Assembly: GCA_016931535.1 (NCBI GenBank) | Contig: JAFGEP010000114.1 | Location: forward strand, 26,412-90,411 | Origin: Bradymonadales bacterium | GTDB lineage: Bacteria; Myxococcota_A; Bradymonadia; JAFGEP01 | Direction: 5' to 3' | DNA length: 64,000 nt | Part shown: one piece after another, positions 10,315 to 19,926 of the stretch | How the letters are laid out: the number at the start of each line of letters is the position of its first letter | How positions within the stretch are numbered: position 1 is the first letter of the stretch | Program-made: the position numbers and the translations under genes | Notes under the pieces: generated by a model | Seen by the model: only the letters and a program-made list of their open reading frames with translations | Databases searched by the model: none | What the model was told of the DNA's origin: nothing

Positions 10315-11718
10315 TCACAAGATCCGAAACCCGGGCCGCCGGTTGCCAGTAGAGGACGGATCCTGATTCGCTTCGTTGGCGAGGCCGGTGATGACCTCAT
10401 CTGTCTCTCGGAGATCCCCTCCGACTACCTCGGAGCGGCTGCCGTCGGAGATGCCGAGTCGCACGGAGATCTGCTGGGGGATCCCGTTGGAGATCACCCA
10501 GATGGTGCGCATGCCGGGCTGGTTGTGGCTGCTCGCGGCATCGGGGCGATTGGAGCTGCCGGAATCCTCTGGATCGGTCTGCTGTAGGCCGGAGGCCAGG
10601 CTGTTGGCGGAATTGCGTCGACTGCGGGATGGCTCGCTGCTGTCGAGTCCCACACTGGGGCCGGCCGTTGCGATCCGGGGCTGCGGTATCTCCTGGGCAG
10701 CAGGACGGTTTTTGGCCCACTGCTCCAGCAGCGCCTGAGAGGGGCGGAATCGCAGGGCGGAGTTGGGGATGAGCAGGGCGTTCTCGGCGGTTGCAACCAG
10801 GAAGGTGACGTTGGCGGTCATGCCGGGCAGCAGCTTGATCTCGTCGTTGGACACGTCGATGACGGCGTTGTAGGTGACCACGTTCTGAACCGTCTGGGCT
10901 GCATTGCGGATCTGGCGGACCATTCCCTCGAACTGCTCTTCGGGGTAGGCATCCACCGTGAAGAGGGCCCGCATTCCGGCCTGCAGCCGTCCCACATCGG
11001 ACTCGGCCACCGAGGTGTCCACCTGCATCCGGCGCAGATCTTCGGCCAACACGAAGAGCGTCGGCGCCTGCAGGGAGGCGGCGACCGTCTGACCCACGTC
11101 CACGTCGCGGGAGATGACGACGCCGTCGATGGGCGAGACGATGGTCGTGTACTCGAGGTTCAGGCGTGCCTGGTCTCGCCTGGCCCGGGCTTGTCGTACA
11201 CTGGCCTGGGCCGATTGAACGCGGGCTCGGGCCACCTCGGCGCTCGCCTGGGCGGTGTCGGCTTCCGCCTGGGCGATGAGGTTGCGCTGCGCCAGGTTGG
11301 TGGACCGTTGCGCCTGCCGCTCCGCCTCGGCGACCTGGGCCTCGGCTTCGGCCAGCTGTGCCCTGGCGGCGGCGTAGTTGGCCTCTTCCTGTTGGAGTGC
11401 GGCCTCGAAAAGCTGGGTGTCGAGTCGTGCGAGGACCTGCCCTTGCTCGACCGCGGAGTTGAAGTCGGCATACAGCTCCTGGATCCGCCCCGAGACCTGG
11501 CTGCCCACATCCACGGTGACGAGGGCCGAGAGGGTTCCCGTGGCGGTGACACTCGAGGTGATCGTCCCTCGCTGGGCGGGTGTGGTGATGAGCTGCTGCT
11601 GGTCGTGCTCTGCCTTGTCGAGGAAGCGGTAGCTCAGGATCCCTCCCACCAACAGGAGCAGGATGGTGATCCAGAAGAAGAGTCGTCGTCTGGGGTGTCT
11701 GGCCATGGTGTGTCCCAT
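10315..11718 (-). CDS. macA: MacA-like efflux periplasmic adaptor subunit
   Basis: N-terminal TM, VDVGSQVSGRI, coiled hairpin, IVSPIDGVV..GQTVAASLQAPTLF, LLPGMTANV. Confidence 0.9.
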   Translation of the reverse strand: MGHTMARHPRRRLFFWITILLLLVGGILSYRFLDKAEHDQQQLITTPAQRGTITSSVTATGTLSALVTVDVGSQVSGRIQELYADFNSAVEQGQVLARLDTQLFEAALQQEEANYAAARAQLAEAEAQVAEAERQAQRSTNLAQRNLIAQAEADTAQASAEVARARVQSAQASVRQARARRDQARLNLEYTTIVSPIDGVVISRDVDVGQTVAASLQAPTLFVLAEDLRRMQVDTSVAESDVGRLQAGMRALFTVDAYPEEQFEGMVRQIRNAAQTVQNVVTYNAVIDVSNDEIKLLPGMTANVTFLVATAENALLIPNSALRFRPSQALLEQWAKNRPAAQEIPQPRIATAGPSVGLDSSEPSRSRRNSANSLASGLQQTDPEDSGSSNRPDAASSHNQPGMRTIWVISNGIPQQISVRLGISDGSRSEVVGGDLRETDEVITGLANEANQDPSSTGNRRPGFRIL

Positions 11719-11822
11719 TTCAGTTCGCTTTGGCCGGTCCTCGGTGGAAATCCGGGGGCCGAGTCAGCATATAGAAAGACACATCCAGCCCGGGACAGTG
11801 AGTTAAGTTTCGGAAAGGAAAT

Positions 11823-11837
11823 GCAAAGTTTTGTAAA
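11823..11837 (+). promoter_or_regulatory. CpxR-type direct-repeat box
   Basis: GCAAA-N5-GTAAA versus the known CpxR consensus GTAAA-N5-GTAAA, in the divergent region between macA and the response regulator. Confidence 0.55.
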
Positions 11838-11913
11838 GAAGCGCACGAGGTCGCTTTACCTTCGCTCAGGGCGGTTTTACCCTGAAGTGGTGATGCGAGG
11901 ACGACAAGGGGTC

Positions 11914-12615
11914 ATGCGAAACCGCAGTCAGATACTGGTCATCGACGACGACACGGAGCTGTGTGATCTGCTCGCCGACTACCTGGGGGCGGAGGGGTTT
12001 TCGGTGGAAGCGGTCCATCGAGGCGACCAGGGGCTGGCCAGAGCCAGCTCTGGTGATCACGACCTCATCCTGCTGGACGTCATGCTGCCCGGACAGAACG
12101 GGTTCGATGTTCTTCGACGCATCCGGGAGGTTTCCCAGGTGCCGGTGGTGATGTTGACGGCGCGAGGGGAGGATGTCGACCGGATCGTCGGGTTGGAGAT
12201 CGGGGCCGATGACTACCTGCCCAAGCCGTTCAATCCGCGCGAGCTGGTGGCCAGGATCCGAGCCATAAAACGACGGGTCGAGCGGGAGGCGGGCGAGCGG
12301 TCGCACGAGGAAGGCCTGGTCCGGGTGGGGGATGTCGAGATCCGCCTGGCCACTCACACCGTCCTGTGCCAGGGGCGCGACATCGCCCTGACCAATGCGG
12401 AGTTCGATCTGCTCGCGTTGCTCCTGCGTTCGGCCGGTCGGATCGTCAGTCGAGAGGAGATCTCGGAGACCGTCCTGCAACGCCGCTTTTTCCCCACCGA
12501 CCGCGCCATCGACGTGCATATCAGCAGCCTCAGGAAGAAGCTGGGTCGCCTACCTGGCGGGGGAGACCGGATCCGGTCGGTCCGTTCGGTCGGTTACCTC
12601 TACGTGGTCGGCTGA
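11914..12615 (+). CDS. OmpR-family response regulator (CpxR-like)
   Basis: ILVIDDD, LLDVMLP, GADDYLPKPF, winged-helix RAIDVHISSLRKKL..IRSVRSVGY. Confidence 0.93.
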   Translation: MRNRSQILVIDDDTELCDLLADYLGAEGFSVEAVHRGDQGLARASSGDHDLILLDVMLPGQNGFDVLRRIREVSQVPVVMLTARGEDVDRIVGLEIGADDYLPKPFNPRELVARIRAIKRRVEREAGERSHEEGLVRVGDVEIRLATHTVLCQGRDIALTNAEFDLLALLLRSAGRIVSREEISETVLQRRFFPTDRAIDVHISSLRKKLGRLPGGGDRIRSVRSVGYLYVVG

Positions 12616-12629
12616 CCGGGTCTCCGGAT

Positions 12630-14006
12630 ATGCGCAGCCTCTTCATCAAGCTGTTACTCTCCTTCTGGTTCGTCATGATCCTGACCGCGGTGGCCTTCAC
12701 CCTGATCTACGAGACGACCCGGCCAACCGAGTGGATCGATCGGCAACGGCAGATCACCAGCCTGGCTCTGCGCCAGTTTGGCGAGATGGCGGTGGACCGG
12801 GTGCGCCAGGATGGTCCTCAAGCCTATGCGCCCCTGGCCGAGGAGCTGCAGCGAAGCACGCGGTTCATCGCCACGCTGGTGGTTCAAGGGCAGTTTCTGG
12901 GGTTGGAGACGGAGATCTCCAAGGAGGTGGAAGATCTGGCTCGAGAGGTGCTGGAGACCGGGGTGGCGGCGGTTCGAACGACGGGCAACAGCACGATCAC
13001 TGCCGAGCCATTGTCATTTGGAACGGGGGAACCAGCGGTGATCGTGGGGGAACAGCGGTTCCCTCCAACCTGGTGGAGGTGGATCCGTCCGGAAACGCTG
13101 GAGCTACGGCTCTTGGTGGTCGTGCTCATCTCCGGGCTGGCCTCCCTGCTCCTGGCTCGCTACCTCTCGATGCCGATCCGTAAGCTCCGCAAGGCCACCC
13201 ATCGACTGGCAGCCGGCGACCTGGGAGTGCGGGTGGGACCGAGCCTAGGCAGGCGCAAGGACGAGACCGCCGATCTGGGCCGGGATTTCGACTACATGGC
13301 GGCGCGGATCGAAGAGCTGCTGGGGGCGCAACGCAGGCTGGTGCGCGACATCTCGCACGAGCTTCGATCTCCCCTGGCGCGACTGAACGTGGCACTGGAG
13401 CTGAGCCGGCGACAGGCTGGGGATCTGGCTCCCACCTCTCTCGATCGGATCGAGCGGGAATCGGAGCGTCTCAACGAGCTCATCGGACAGCTACTGACCA
13501 TCGCGCAGCTGGAGCACCAGGAGACCCGCATCGCCATGGAGCAGGTCGATCTCGACGCGCTGGTGGACGAGGTGGTCAAGGACTCCGACTTCGAGGCTCA
13601 GGGTCGTGGCCGCCGCGTCCTGTACCCCATCCGGGAGCGGGTCGAGGTGGTGGGAAACAAGGATCTGCTGCGCCGGTCGGTGGAGAACGTGGTCCGCAAC
13701 GGGATCCGCTTCACACCGGAAGGGACGGCGGTCGAGGTGGAACTGACGGCTGAAAGCGCCGACGGCGGTCCGGTCGCACGGATCGTGGTCCGGGACCAGG
13801 GACCAGGAGTCGAGCCGGAGGCGATGGGGGAGATCTTCCGCCCCTTCTATAGACTGGAAGAGGCCCGCGATCGGGTCAGCGGTGGGACCGGTCTGGGGTT
13901 GGCCATCACCGAGAGCTCCATCAGGGTGCATGGCGGCACGGTCAACGCCCGCAATCGACCGGAGGGTGGGCTGGAGGTGACCCTGGAGATTCCGCGGATG
14001 GCGTAG
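12630..14006 (+). CDS. Sensor histidine kinase (CpxA-like; HAMP, HisKA, HATPase)
   Basis: Two TMs, ISHELRSPL H-box, ENVVRNG, DQGPGV, GGTGLGL. Confidence 0.93.
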   Translation: MRSLFIKLLLSFWFVMILTAVAFTLIYETTRPTEWIDRQRQITSLALRQFGEMAVDRVRQDGPQAYAPLAEELQRSTRFIATLVVQGQFLGLETEISKEVEDLAREVLETGVAAVRTTGNSTITAEPLSFGTGEPAVIVGEQRFPPTWWRWIRPETLELRLLVVVLISGLASLLLARYLSMPIRKLRKATHRLAAGDLGVRVGPSLGRRKDETADLGRDFDYMAARIEELLGAQRRLVRDISHELRSPLARLNVALELSRRQAGDLAPTSLDRIERESERLNELIGQLLTIAQLEHQETRIAMEQVDLDALVDEVVKDSDFEAQGRGRRVLYPIRERVEVVGNKDLLRRSVENVVRNGIRFTPEGTAVEVELTAESADGGPVARIVVRDQGPGVEPEAMGEIFRPFYRLEEARDRVSGGTGLGLAITESSIRVHGGTVNARNRPEGGLEVTLEIPRMA

Positions 14007-14262
14007 CGGGCGGAGGGGGCGATCCTAGCCGCTGGCCGAACTCTCCTCCCCCGAGACGGAGTCCGGGGGAGGTGTCGCGGAGCGACGGAGGGGGCGATCC
14101 TAGCCTCTGGCCGGGCGATCCTCCTCCCCCGAGGCAGCGCCCGGGGGAGGTGCCTGCGTAGCGGGCGGAGGGGGCGATCCTAGCCGCTGGACAAGCGATC
14201 CTCCCCCGAGGCAGCGCCCGGGGGAGGTGCCTGCGTAGCAGGCGGAGGGGGCGACTCTAGCC
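14001..14262. repeat. Tandem array of REP-like palindromic units (about 75-80 bp period)
   Basis: GGAGGGGGCGA(TC/CT)CTAGCC at 14012, 14087, 14167 and 14244; each intervening unit has a CCTCCCCCG...CGGGGGAGG stem; lies between convergent genes. Confidence 0.9.
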
Positions 14263-14282
14263 TTTGCTGTGTTTTCCCCCTC

Positions 14283-16100
14283 CTACTCCTCACACAGCGT
14301 CCGTGCCGGGAAACCGCAATAGACAGGCAACCAGTCTCCACTCTCCAGCATGACCGCGCAGCGACCGCCGTACTGCTCTTCTTCCGGCTCCTCGGCCCAG
14401 GGGGTGTACTCGGGAGGGGTGCCGTCAGGCCAGAGATACTGGTCGCTGTCTGAATCGAGAGGGACCATCAGCCCGATCCAGTATCGGCCGGGCCGGATGG
14501 CCTGCGCCTGCTCGGCAAGCCACAGGTTTTCTTCTTGGGTCTCCACCTTGACCAGGTGCATTCCATCCTCGAGACAGCGGTCAGCCGCTTCCGGCCGGGG
14601 TCGGAAGCGGGTGCAGACCAGGTAGTCGTGGCCATTTCGTTCGAGACGGGTACAGTCGGGGCATTCCGGCCGGTCGTCCGGTTCCCCGTTGCAGTCCTGG
14701 TCGATGCCGTCGCAAAGCTCGGCGGCGCCGACGTGGATGTCGGGATCGTCATCGTTGCAGTCCATGTCGCAGATGTAGCCGTCGGAGTCCCGATCTGGAA
14801 TGGAGCCGTCCAGGCAGGGGGTCTGATCGAGCAGGAATCGGGTGCGATCGGAGAGGAAATCGTGGAGACCAGCGAGGCCCTCCTGGACCTCCTGGTCGGA
14901 AAACGGTTTGCGGCGATCGGCTGCGATGGGGTCGGCCAGAGATTCGGCCAGCGATTCCGCTCTGGCCGCCAGAGCGGCCTCGTCGAGCAGCTCCTGCAGT
15001 TCGAGCAGGGTCTGGTTGTACCGTTCGAGGCAGGCCAGATCGGCCATGCAGCGGCGCAAGAGGACGCTTTGACCCCGGTGGAGATCCATGGGCTGGGTGA
15101 AGGCCTGATCGGCGCCCCAGGGGATCAAGCTGAAACGGCCGTCCTCGTCTTCATGGAAGAAGTAGTTGTTGGCCGACGGCGCATAGGCATCCCAGTGGCC
15201 GCTCCAGATCTCGATGGCCATCATGCGCAAGACCTCGTCCCAATCGACGAGCTGCCCGGTGGCGGTCAGGACGTCGTCGGGAGGGGACGAGGCCAGAGCG
15301 GAGACCAGAGCGTCATAGCCGGTGTGGTCGTTTTCATCGCCCACATCCACCTCGAAGGCATCGATCCCATTTGGCCTGAGGTCTGCGCCGTACTCGCCCT
15401 CGTAGAGATGAGCGGTGGAATCGAACCAGCGAGAGAGAAAGGTGCGGTCCGGGGTTTCGACGTTGGCGTAGAGTCCATAGTCCTGGTCGTTGAGCGTGAT
15501 CTGGAGGTACCCGATCCGGGGGGCGGGCACCTCGAAGTCCCGAAACAGGCCATAGACCAGCGCCTCGCGGATCATGGTCGGGTCCTGCACCAGGTTGTTG
15601 AGGGTCAACCGCTTCAGGCCGAACAGGCGCTGGTCGTCCACGGAGAAGTCCATCAGCACCTTGAAAGCGGGCTTGTCCTCCAGGGGCCGAAAGGAACCGG
15701 CTCCACCCTTGAGGCGCAGACCGACATCGAACGGCCCCTGGGTTTCTCCATCGGGCGAGATGTAGCTCAGGGTAGCGGAGACGTACTCGCGGGGTTCCAC
15801 CTGCAGCTGCTCGAGTGCGTCGGGGTCCAAGGTCAGCTCCATTCGGCCGACGCGATCGGGATCGAAAAGCTGATCGGTGAGATCGACGCCGAGGAGGTCG
15901 CTCCCATCGGCCTGGTCTACCTCCACGGTGTCAGCGGACCGATCGGTCAGATCGGCGTCCTCGGCTTGGGGAGGGAAGCCCGAGGATCCCTGCAGGATGC
16001 AGGCCTGCAGCATCAAGAGCAAGGGCCAGACCAGCGGGTGCAAAAAGGGGGTCTTCTGGAAAATCGATTGGAAAACAGTGCATTGGAGGTCAGCCAACAT
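14283..16100 (-). CDS. CotH kinase family lipoprotein with Cys-rich metal-binding repeat and C-type lectin domain
   Basis: VGLRLKG..GSFR...KPAFKV, LTLNN, HWDAY..NNY, IPWGAD; DCND..PDIH.GA.ELCDGIDQDCNG; C-terminal WIGL..W.DG..C; start uncertain. Confidence 0.85.
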   Translation of the reverse strand: MLADLQCTVFQSIFQKTPFLHPLVWPLLLMLQACILQGSSGFPPQAEDADLTDRSADTVEVDQADGSDLLGVDLTDQLFDPDRVGRMELTLDPDALEQLQVEPREYVSATLSYISPDGETQGPFDVGLRLKGGAGSFRPLEDKPAFKVLMDFSVDDQRLFGLKRLTLNNLVQDPTMIREALVYGLFRDFEVPAPRIGYLQITLNDQDYGLYANVETPDRTFLSRWFDSTAHLYEGEYGADLRPNGIDAFEVDVGDENDHTGYDALVSALASSPPDDVLTATGQLVDWDEVLRMMAIEIWSGHWDAYAPSANNYFFHEDEDGRFSLIPWGADQAFTQPMDLHRGQSVLLRRCMADLACLERYNQTLLELQELLDEAALAARAESLAESLADPIAADRRKPFSDQEVQEGLAGLHDFLSDRTRFLLDQTPCLDGSIPDRDSDGYICDMDCNDDDPDIHVGAAELCDGIDQDCNGEPDDRPECPDCTRLERNGHDYLVCTRFRPRPEAADRCLEDGMHLVKVETQEENLWLAEQAQAIRPGRYWIGLMVPLDSDSDQYLWPDGTPPEYTPWAEEPEEEQYGGRCAVMLESGDWLPVYCGFPARTLCEE

Positions 16101-16337
16101 GGGTCCAGTCATCCAGAAATCGAGCGGACGGTCAATATGGTACCAGAGCCCTGCACATTTTGGGCCAGTCTTTAAGGCACATCCCGCCTGAGGTCTTCCG
16201 CTCATCCGCAGGGATATGACCTGGGCGTCGCCAGGGCTCTCGACTGTGAATGCTCGTCCACACTGGATACGGTTGACAACCCCGTTGTGGCAGAGGAGAA
16301 AGAAAACCGATCCACTTCAAGACACAAGGAGGCCAAC

Positions 16338-16811
16338 ATGGCGATCCACCTGGAGAGTTCTGCGTTCGGGCATCAGGAGCGGGTTCCGGTCCGGTTCACC
16401 GGCGATGGGCCCAACCTCTCGCCTCCACTGACCTGGTCGGGGATACCGGAGAAGACCATGGAGCTGGCGCTGATCGTGGATGATCCGGACGCCCCCTCGC
16501 CGGATCCGTGGGTTCACTGGGTCATCTATGGCATTCCGGTGGGTACCGCAGCGTTGCCAGAAGGGGTGCCGAAGAAGGAGGAGCTGTTCGAGCCTGCGGG
16601 GGCGAGGCAGGGCACCAACGACTTCCGCAGAATCGGGTACAGCGGACCAGCGCCGCCCCGGGGCCATGGCACCCACCGTTACTTCTTCAAGCTGTACGCT
16701 CTCGACAAGAAGCTGGAGCTTCCGGTGGGAGTTCGCAAGCAGCGGTTGCTGGATGCCATGTCGGGCCACATCCTGGGGCAGGCCGAGCTGATCGGAACCT
16801 ACTCGAGGTAA
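16338..16811 (+). CDS. YbhB/YbcL family PEBP (Raf kinase inhibitor-like) protein
   Basis: AGGAGG RBS; SPPLTW, DDPDAP, WVHWV, YSGPAPP.GHG.HRYFF.LYALD. Confidence 0.95.
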   Translation: MAIHLESSAFGHQERVPVRFTGDGPNLSPPLTWSGIPEKTMELALIVDDPDAPSPDPWVHWVIYGIPVGTAALPEGVPKKEELFEPAGARQGTNDFRRIGYSGPAPPRGHGTHRYFFKLYALDKKLELPVGVRKQRLLDAMSGHILGQAELIGTYSR

Positions 16812-17010
16812 GTGGTCCAACGAGTTGGCGTCGCCCCCAGGTTGGAAGAATCCTTCCATGGGATGGCGTTACCGCTTGGAGCAAGCGGTGAGGGAGAACA
16901 GGCGCCCGCTCACGGTCGAGGCGTGCTTAGGGTTGGCGCGGCAGCCAGGTGGGAAGTAGAATCCTTTTTGTCTGTCGGCGGCGCGCATTGGCCCGAGGAA
17001 GGGAGAACAC

Positions 17011-18681
17011 ATGCTCAACTACAGATCGGTACTGGTTGCGATTCCATTCGTCTTTTGCACGCTGGCATCCGCCGCAACGGTTCAGGCAAACGGGGGGCCG
17101 GTTGGTGGAACCACGGTCACGGGGAGCGGGGGGGTAGCGCCGGTACGGCAGGAACAGATCCGCCTGGTCTCGGAGGATCTGGAGATCAGGATGAACGACG
17201 ACCTCGATACCTACCATGTCACCGCATACTACGTGCTGTCCAACCCGGGGCCGGAGACGGAGGTCCTGTTCGGGGTGCCGGTTACCTGGTCAACGACCGC
17301 CATTCACTTCGACGACCTGGAGGAGTACATGACGGTACCCGGGCCAGATATGGCCGGGTGGCGAAGGGCGCGGTACCCGCGGTGGGCCGAAGAGGCGGCC
17401 ACGGAGCTGGATCGGATCCGGGCGAACATCCAGATCCGGCTGGGAGATACGGCTTTCTCCTGCGAGATGCGGAATGACCTGCAGGCCTTGGAGAGCCAGG
17501 AGGAGGGCACGGGAGAGGAGGCTGCGCCATCGCCTGGGAATCGACCTCGTCGCCTGGATTGGGACGGTTGGCTGGACATTATTATCCCGGACGAACCCAC
17601 GGAATTTCAGCAGGACCAGATCGACCACCTGGCGGAGTACCCCATGGAGATCCAGCCGATCCGAGCCTGGTGTGTAGCGCCGATGGTGATCCCTCCTGGA
17701 GATTCGATCGAGCTGACCCTGAGCTATGACGGAGCCTTGTGGTTCTCCGATCTGCTGTGGAGCAAGGGCATCTACACCGACCATTCCCTCCGCCTCCTGA
17801 GCTACCTGTTGTTCCCTGCAGGCTACTGGGCTGGGCGGGTCGAGCGCCTGAATATCCGCGTCGACCTGGGGCCGCACAGCGACTACCTGGTGTTTTCTCC
17901 CCCCGGCAAGCAACGTGTGGACGACAGCCTGGTCTGGAGCCTCACCGATGTCGATCTCTCGGAGCTCTCCCAGCTGGTGATCACCTTTCGAACTGGACGT
18001 TTTCTCCACGTGCGGGAGATCGCCCGCTGGAACCGCACCAACCCCCATGGAACCAACTTCCGATTGCAGGCTAGCGCCACCAGCGAGCGGGCGGCCGAGC
18101 CGGATCGCGAGTTCGCTGCTGCCAACGTCATCGACGGTGATGAGCACACCGCCTGGTGCGAGGGGGTGGACGGCGCCGGGGTGGGCGAGTCGCTCACCTT
18201 GACCTTCGCTCTGCCCGAGGGTATGGCGGGATTCGATTCCTACTGCCGGGTTCACGGCATCGCCCTGGGGTACGGAGACACCCGCGACGCGACTACCTAT
18301 GGGGCCACCAACCGGGTCCGGCGGCTCACGGTCTTTCCCTGTGACCAGGAGGTCCCCTTGGGCAGCCTGGTGTTGCGCAATGAGCCGGCAACCGACCACC
18401 GCCTGGCCTTTACGGAAGGGCTCAGGTTCGTTGATGACCCGAGAGACCGCCGGGACGATGAGGAGGAGGAAGGGTCGGGATCGGTTGTGCAGACCGTGTC
18501 CCTCGATGAGCTGTTCGAACGGTTTCGGCTCCCGAGTTCCCACCGCCGATCTCAGCCAGCCGTTGCTGAGGACCAGCCCCCTCCGGAGCTCTGCCTGCGC
18601 TTCGCCATCGAGGAGGTCGTGGAGGGGACCAACGGCCACACCTGCATCTCCGAGATCATCCCCTTGGTGGGATGCCAGTGA
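17011..18681 (+). CDS. Secreted protein, DUF4424-like N-terminus plus discoidin-like glycan-binding domain
   Basis: Signal peptide (..VQA/NGG), IRLVSEDL.I, YLL.PA..WAG; AANVIDGD..TAWCEG..G.GVGESL. Confidence 0.65.
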   Translation: MLNYRSVLVAIPFVFCTLASAATVQANGGPVGGTTVTGSGGVAPVRQEQIRLVSEDLEIRMNDDLDTYHVTAYYVLSNPGPETEVLFGVPVTWSTTAIHFDDLEEYMTVPGPDMAGWRRARYPRWAEEAATELDRIRANIQIRLGDTAFSCEMRNDLQALESQEEGTGEEAAPSPGNRPRRLDWDGWLDIIIPDEPTEFQQDQIDHLAEYPMEIQPIRAWCVAPMVIPPGDSIELTLSYDGALWFSDLLWSKGIYTDHSLRLLSYLLFPAGYWAGRVERLNIRVDLGPHSDYLVFSPPGKQRVDDSLVWSLTDVDLSELSQLVITFRTGRFLHVREIARWNRTNPHGTNFRLQASATSERAAEPDREFAAANVIDGDEHTAWCEGVDGAGVGESLTLTFALPEGMAGFDSYCRVHGIALGYGDTRDATTYGATNRVRRLTVFPCDQEVPLGSLVLRNEPATDHRLAFTEGLRFVDDPRDRRDDEEEEGSGSVVQTVSLDELFERFRLPSSHRRSQPAVAEDQPPPELCLRFAIEEVVEGTNGHTCISEIIPLVGCQ

Positions 18682-19907
18682 TCGAACGTCCGTCCGCTTC
18701 CAATCAACCCGGTCTCCCACCAGAACAGGATCGAAGGTACCAACGGACACACCTGCACCCTGGAGATCGTCCCTTCGGCAAGATGCCGGGGACCAGGCGA
18801 TCGTTTACTCCCCATCACCCGCTCATTGCGATGGATATCAACTTGGTCACTGGCCAAGGCGGGATCCGCTTGGCACGATGGCTGCTTGCGGTGGCCATCA
18901 CCTGGACCATGCTGGGAAAGCCGATTCCCGCACGGGGAGAGCCGATATTCACCGAGGTGGCGCAAACCGTCGGATCGGAAGATCCGGAGGGGCCGGCACA
19001 ACCGCTCGGCATCGGCGTGGTCCAGCCGGACGGTTCGCTGGAGGTGTCGAACCAGCCGGTGTTCGTCAGACACGGCGATTCCATCCGGCTGGGGGTTTAC
19101 CGGTTGGGAGAGGAGGGCGGCTGCCTGTCGCCCTTCGAGGTGGTCGAGCTGTACGGACGGCGCAGGTTGTGCTCCCCCCCTGAAGAGTCGGAGGTGTCCG
19201 GCACGATCCGCTGGCTGGAATGGCGACCGATGGCGCGCGACTACGACAACAGCGAGCGCTGCAGGCCGGGATCCGATCTCGAATGTCCGCAACCCATCGA
19301 GTATCGAGCGGTCGAGCTGGTAGCGCTCCGGGATCGCTGGACGGTAGCCCTCACATCGGTTCCGACGCTATCCGGGCTTGGGACCCACCGGCTGGAGGTG
19401 CGCTGGATGGAGGCGAACCACCCGGTGATCGAGGAGCTGCGCACGCTCTCTCTCGATGAGATCACTCGGCTCTTCGAGCTGGTCTTGCGACGGGACGACA
19501 CCTATGTCGGCTATTTGACCGAGCTGTTGGGGCTCCCCTTTGTCTACTGGCCGGTGGAGATCGAGGGCGCCGGCCACCAGACCGATCTGCGGCTGGGTGC
19601 CGACTGCGTGGCGCTGGTCATCTACGGTCGGCGTCGCCTGGGAGAGCGACTCCCCTACCTGGCGCCGCCGGCGCTTCGTCGCCTGGCCTGGCGGGTTGGC
19701 GGCAGCCAGGAGGAAAAGCTGGCGATCCGACCGGGCGACATCCTTCACTTTGGCTTCCAGACCGCGGTCATCTCCCGGGACAACGAGCCCGAGGGGCAGT
19801 TGAACGAAGAGGACCTGATCATTCACACTTATCATGGCCTGGCGGAAGAGGTTCCCTTCCACCAGCTGCCATATCGCCAGCATCCCTTCGATCTGTTGCG
19901 CTGGTAA
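18672..19907 (+). CDS. Hypothetical exported protein with C-terminal NlpC/P60-like region
   Basis: GLPFV, GADCVALV, PGDIL.F motifs; overlaps the upstream stop; start uncertain. Confidence 0.55.
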   Translation: MPVIERPSASNQPGLPPEQDRRYQRTHLHPGDRPFGKMPGTRRSFTPHHPLIAMDINLVTGQGGIRLARWLLAVAITWTMLGKPIPARGEPIFTEVAQTVGSEDPEGPAQPLGIGVVQPDGSLEVSNQPVFVRHGDSIRLGVYRLGEEGGCLSPFEVVELYGRRRLCSPPEESEVSGTIRWLEWRPMARDYDNSERCRPGSDLECPQPIEYRAVELVALRDRWTVALTSVPTLSGLGTHRLEVRWMEANHPVIEELRTLSLDEITRLFELVLRRDDTYVGYLTELLGLPFVYWPVEIEGAGHQTDLRLGADCVALVIYGRRRLGERLPYLAPPALRRLAWRVGGSQEEKLAIRPGDILHFGFQTAVISRDNEPEGQLNEEDLIIHTYHGLAEEVPFHQLPYRQHPFDLLRW

Positions 19908-19926
19908 TCGGGAGGTATGGACCAGT

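Noticed and set aside
14001..14262. Possible CRISPR array
   Set aside because: Sequences between the cores are similar to each other and palindromic rather than unique spacers; no cas genes in the window
14535..16175. Long antisense ORFs (also 17290-18750, 25432-26847, 36597-38681, 46532-47761, 56897-58456)
   Set aside because: Shadow frames opposite genes with clear family motifs, as expected in high-GC DNA
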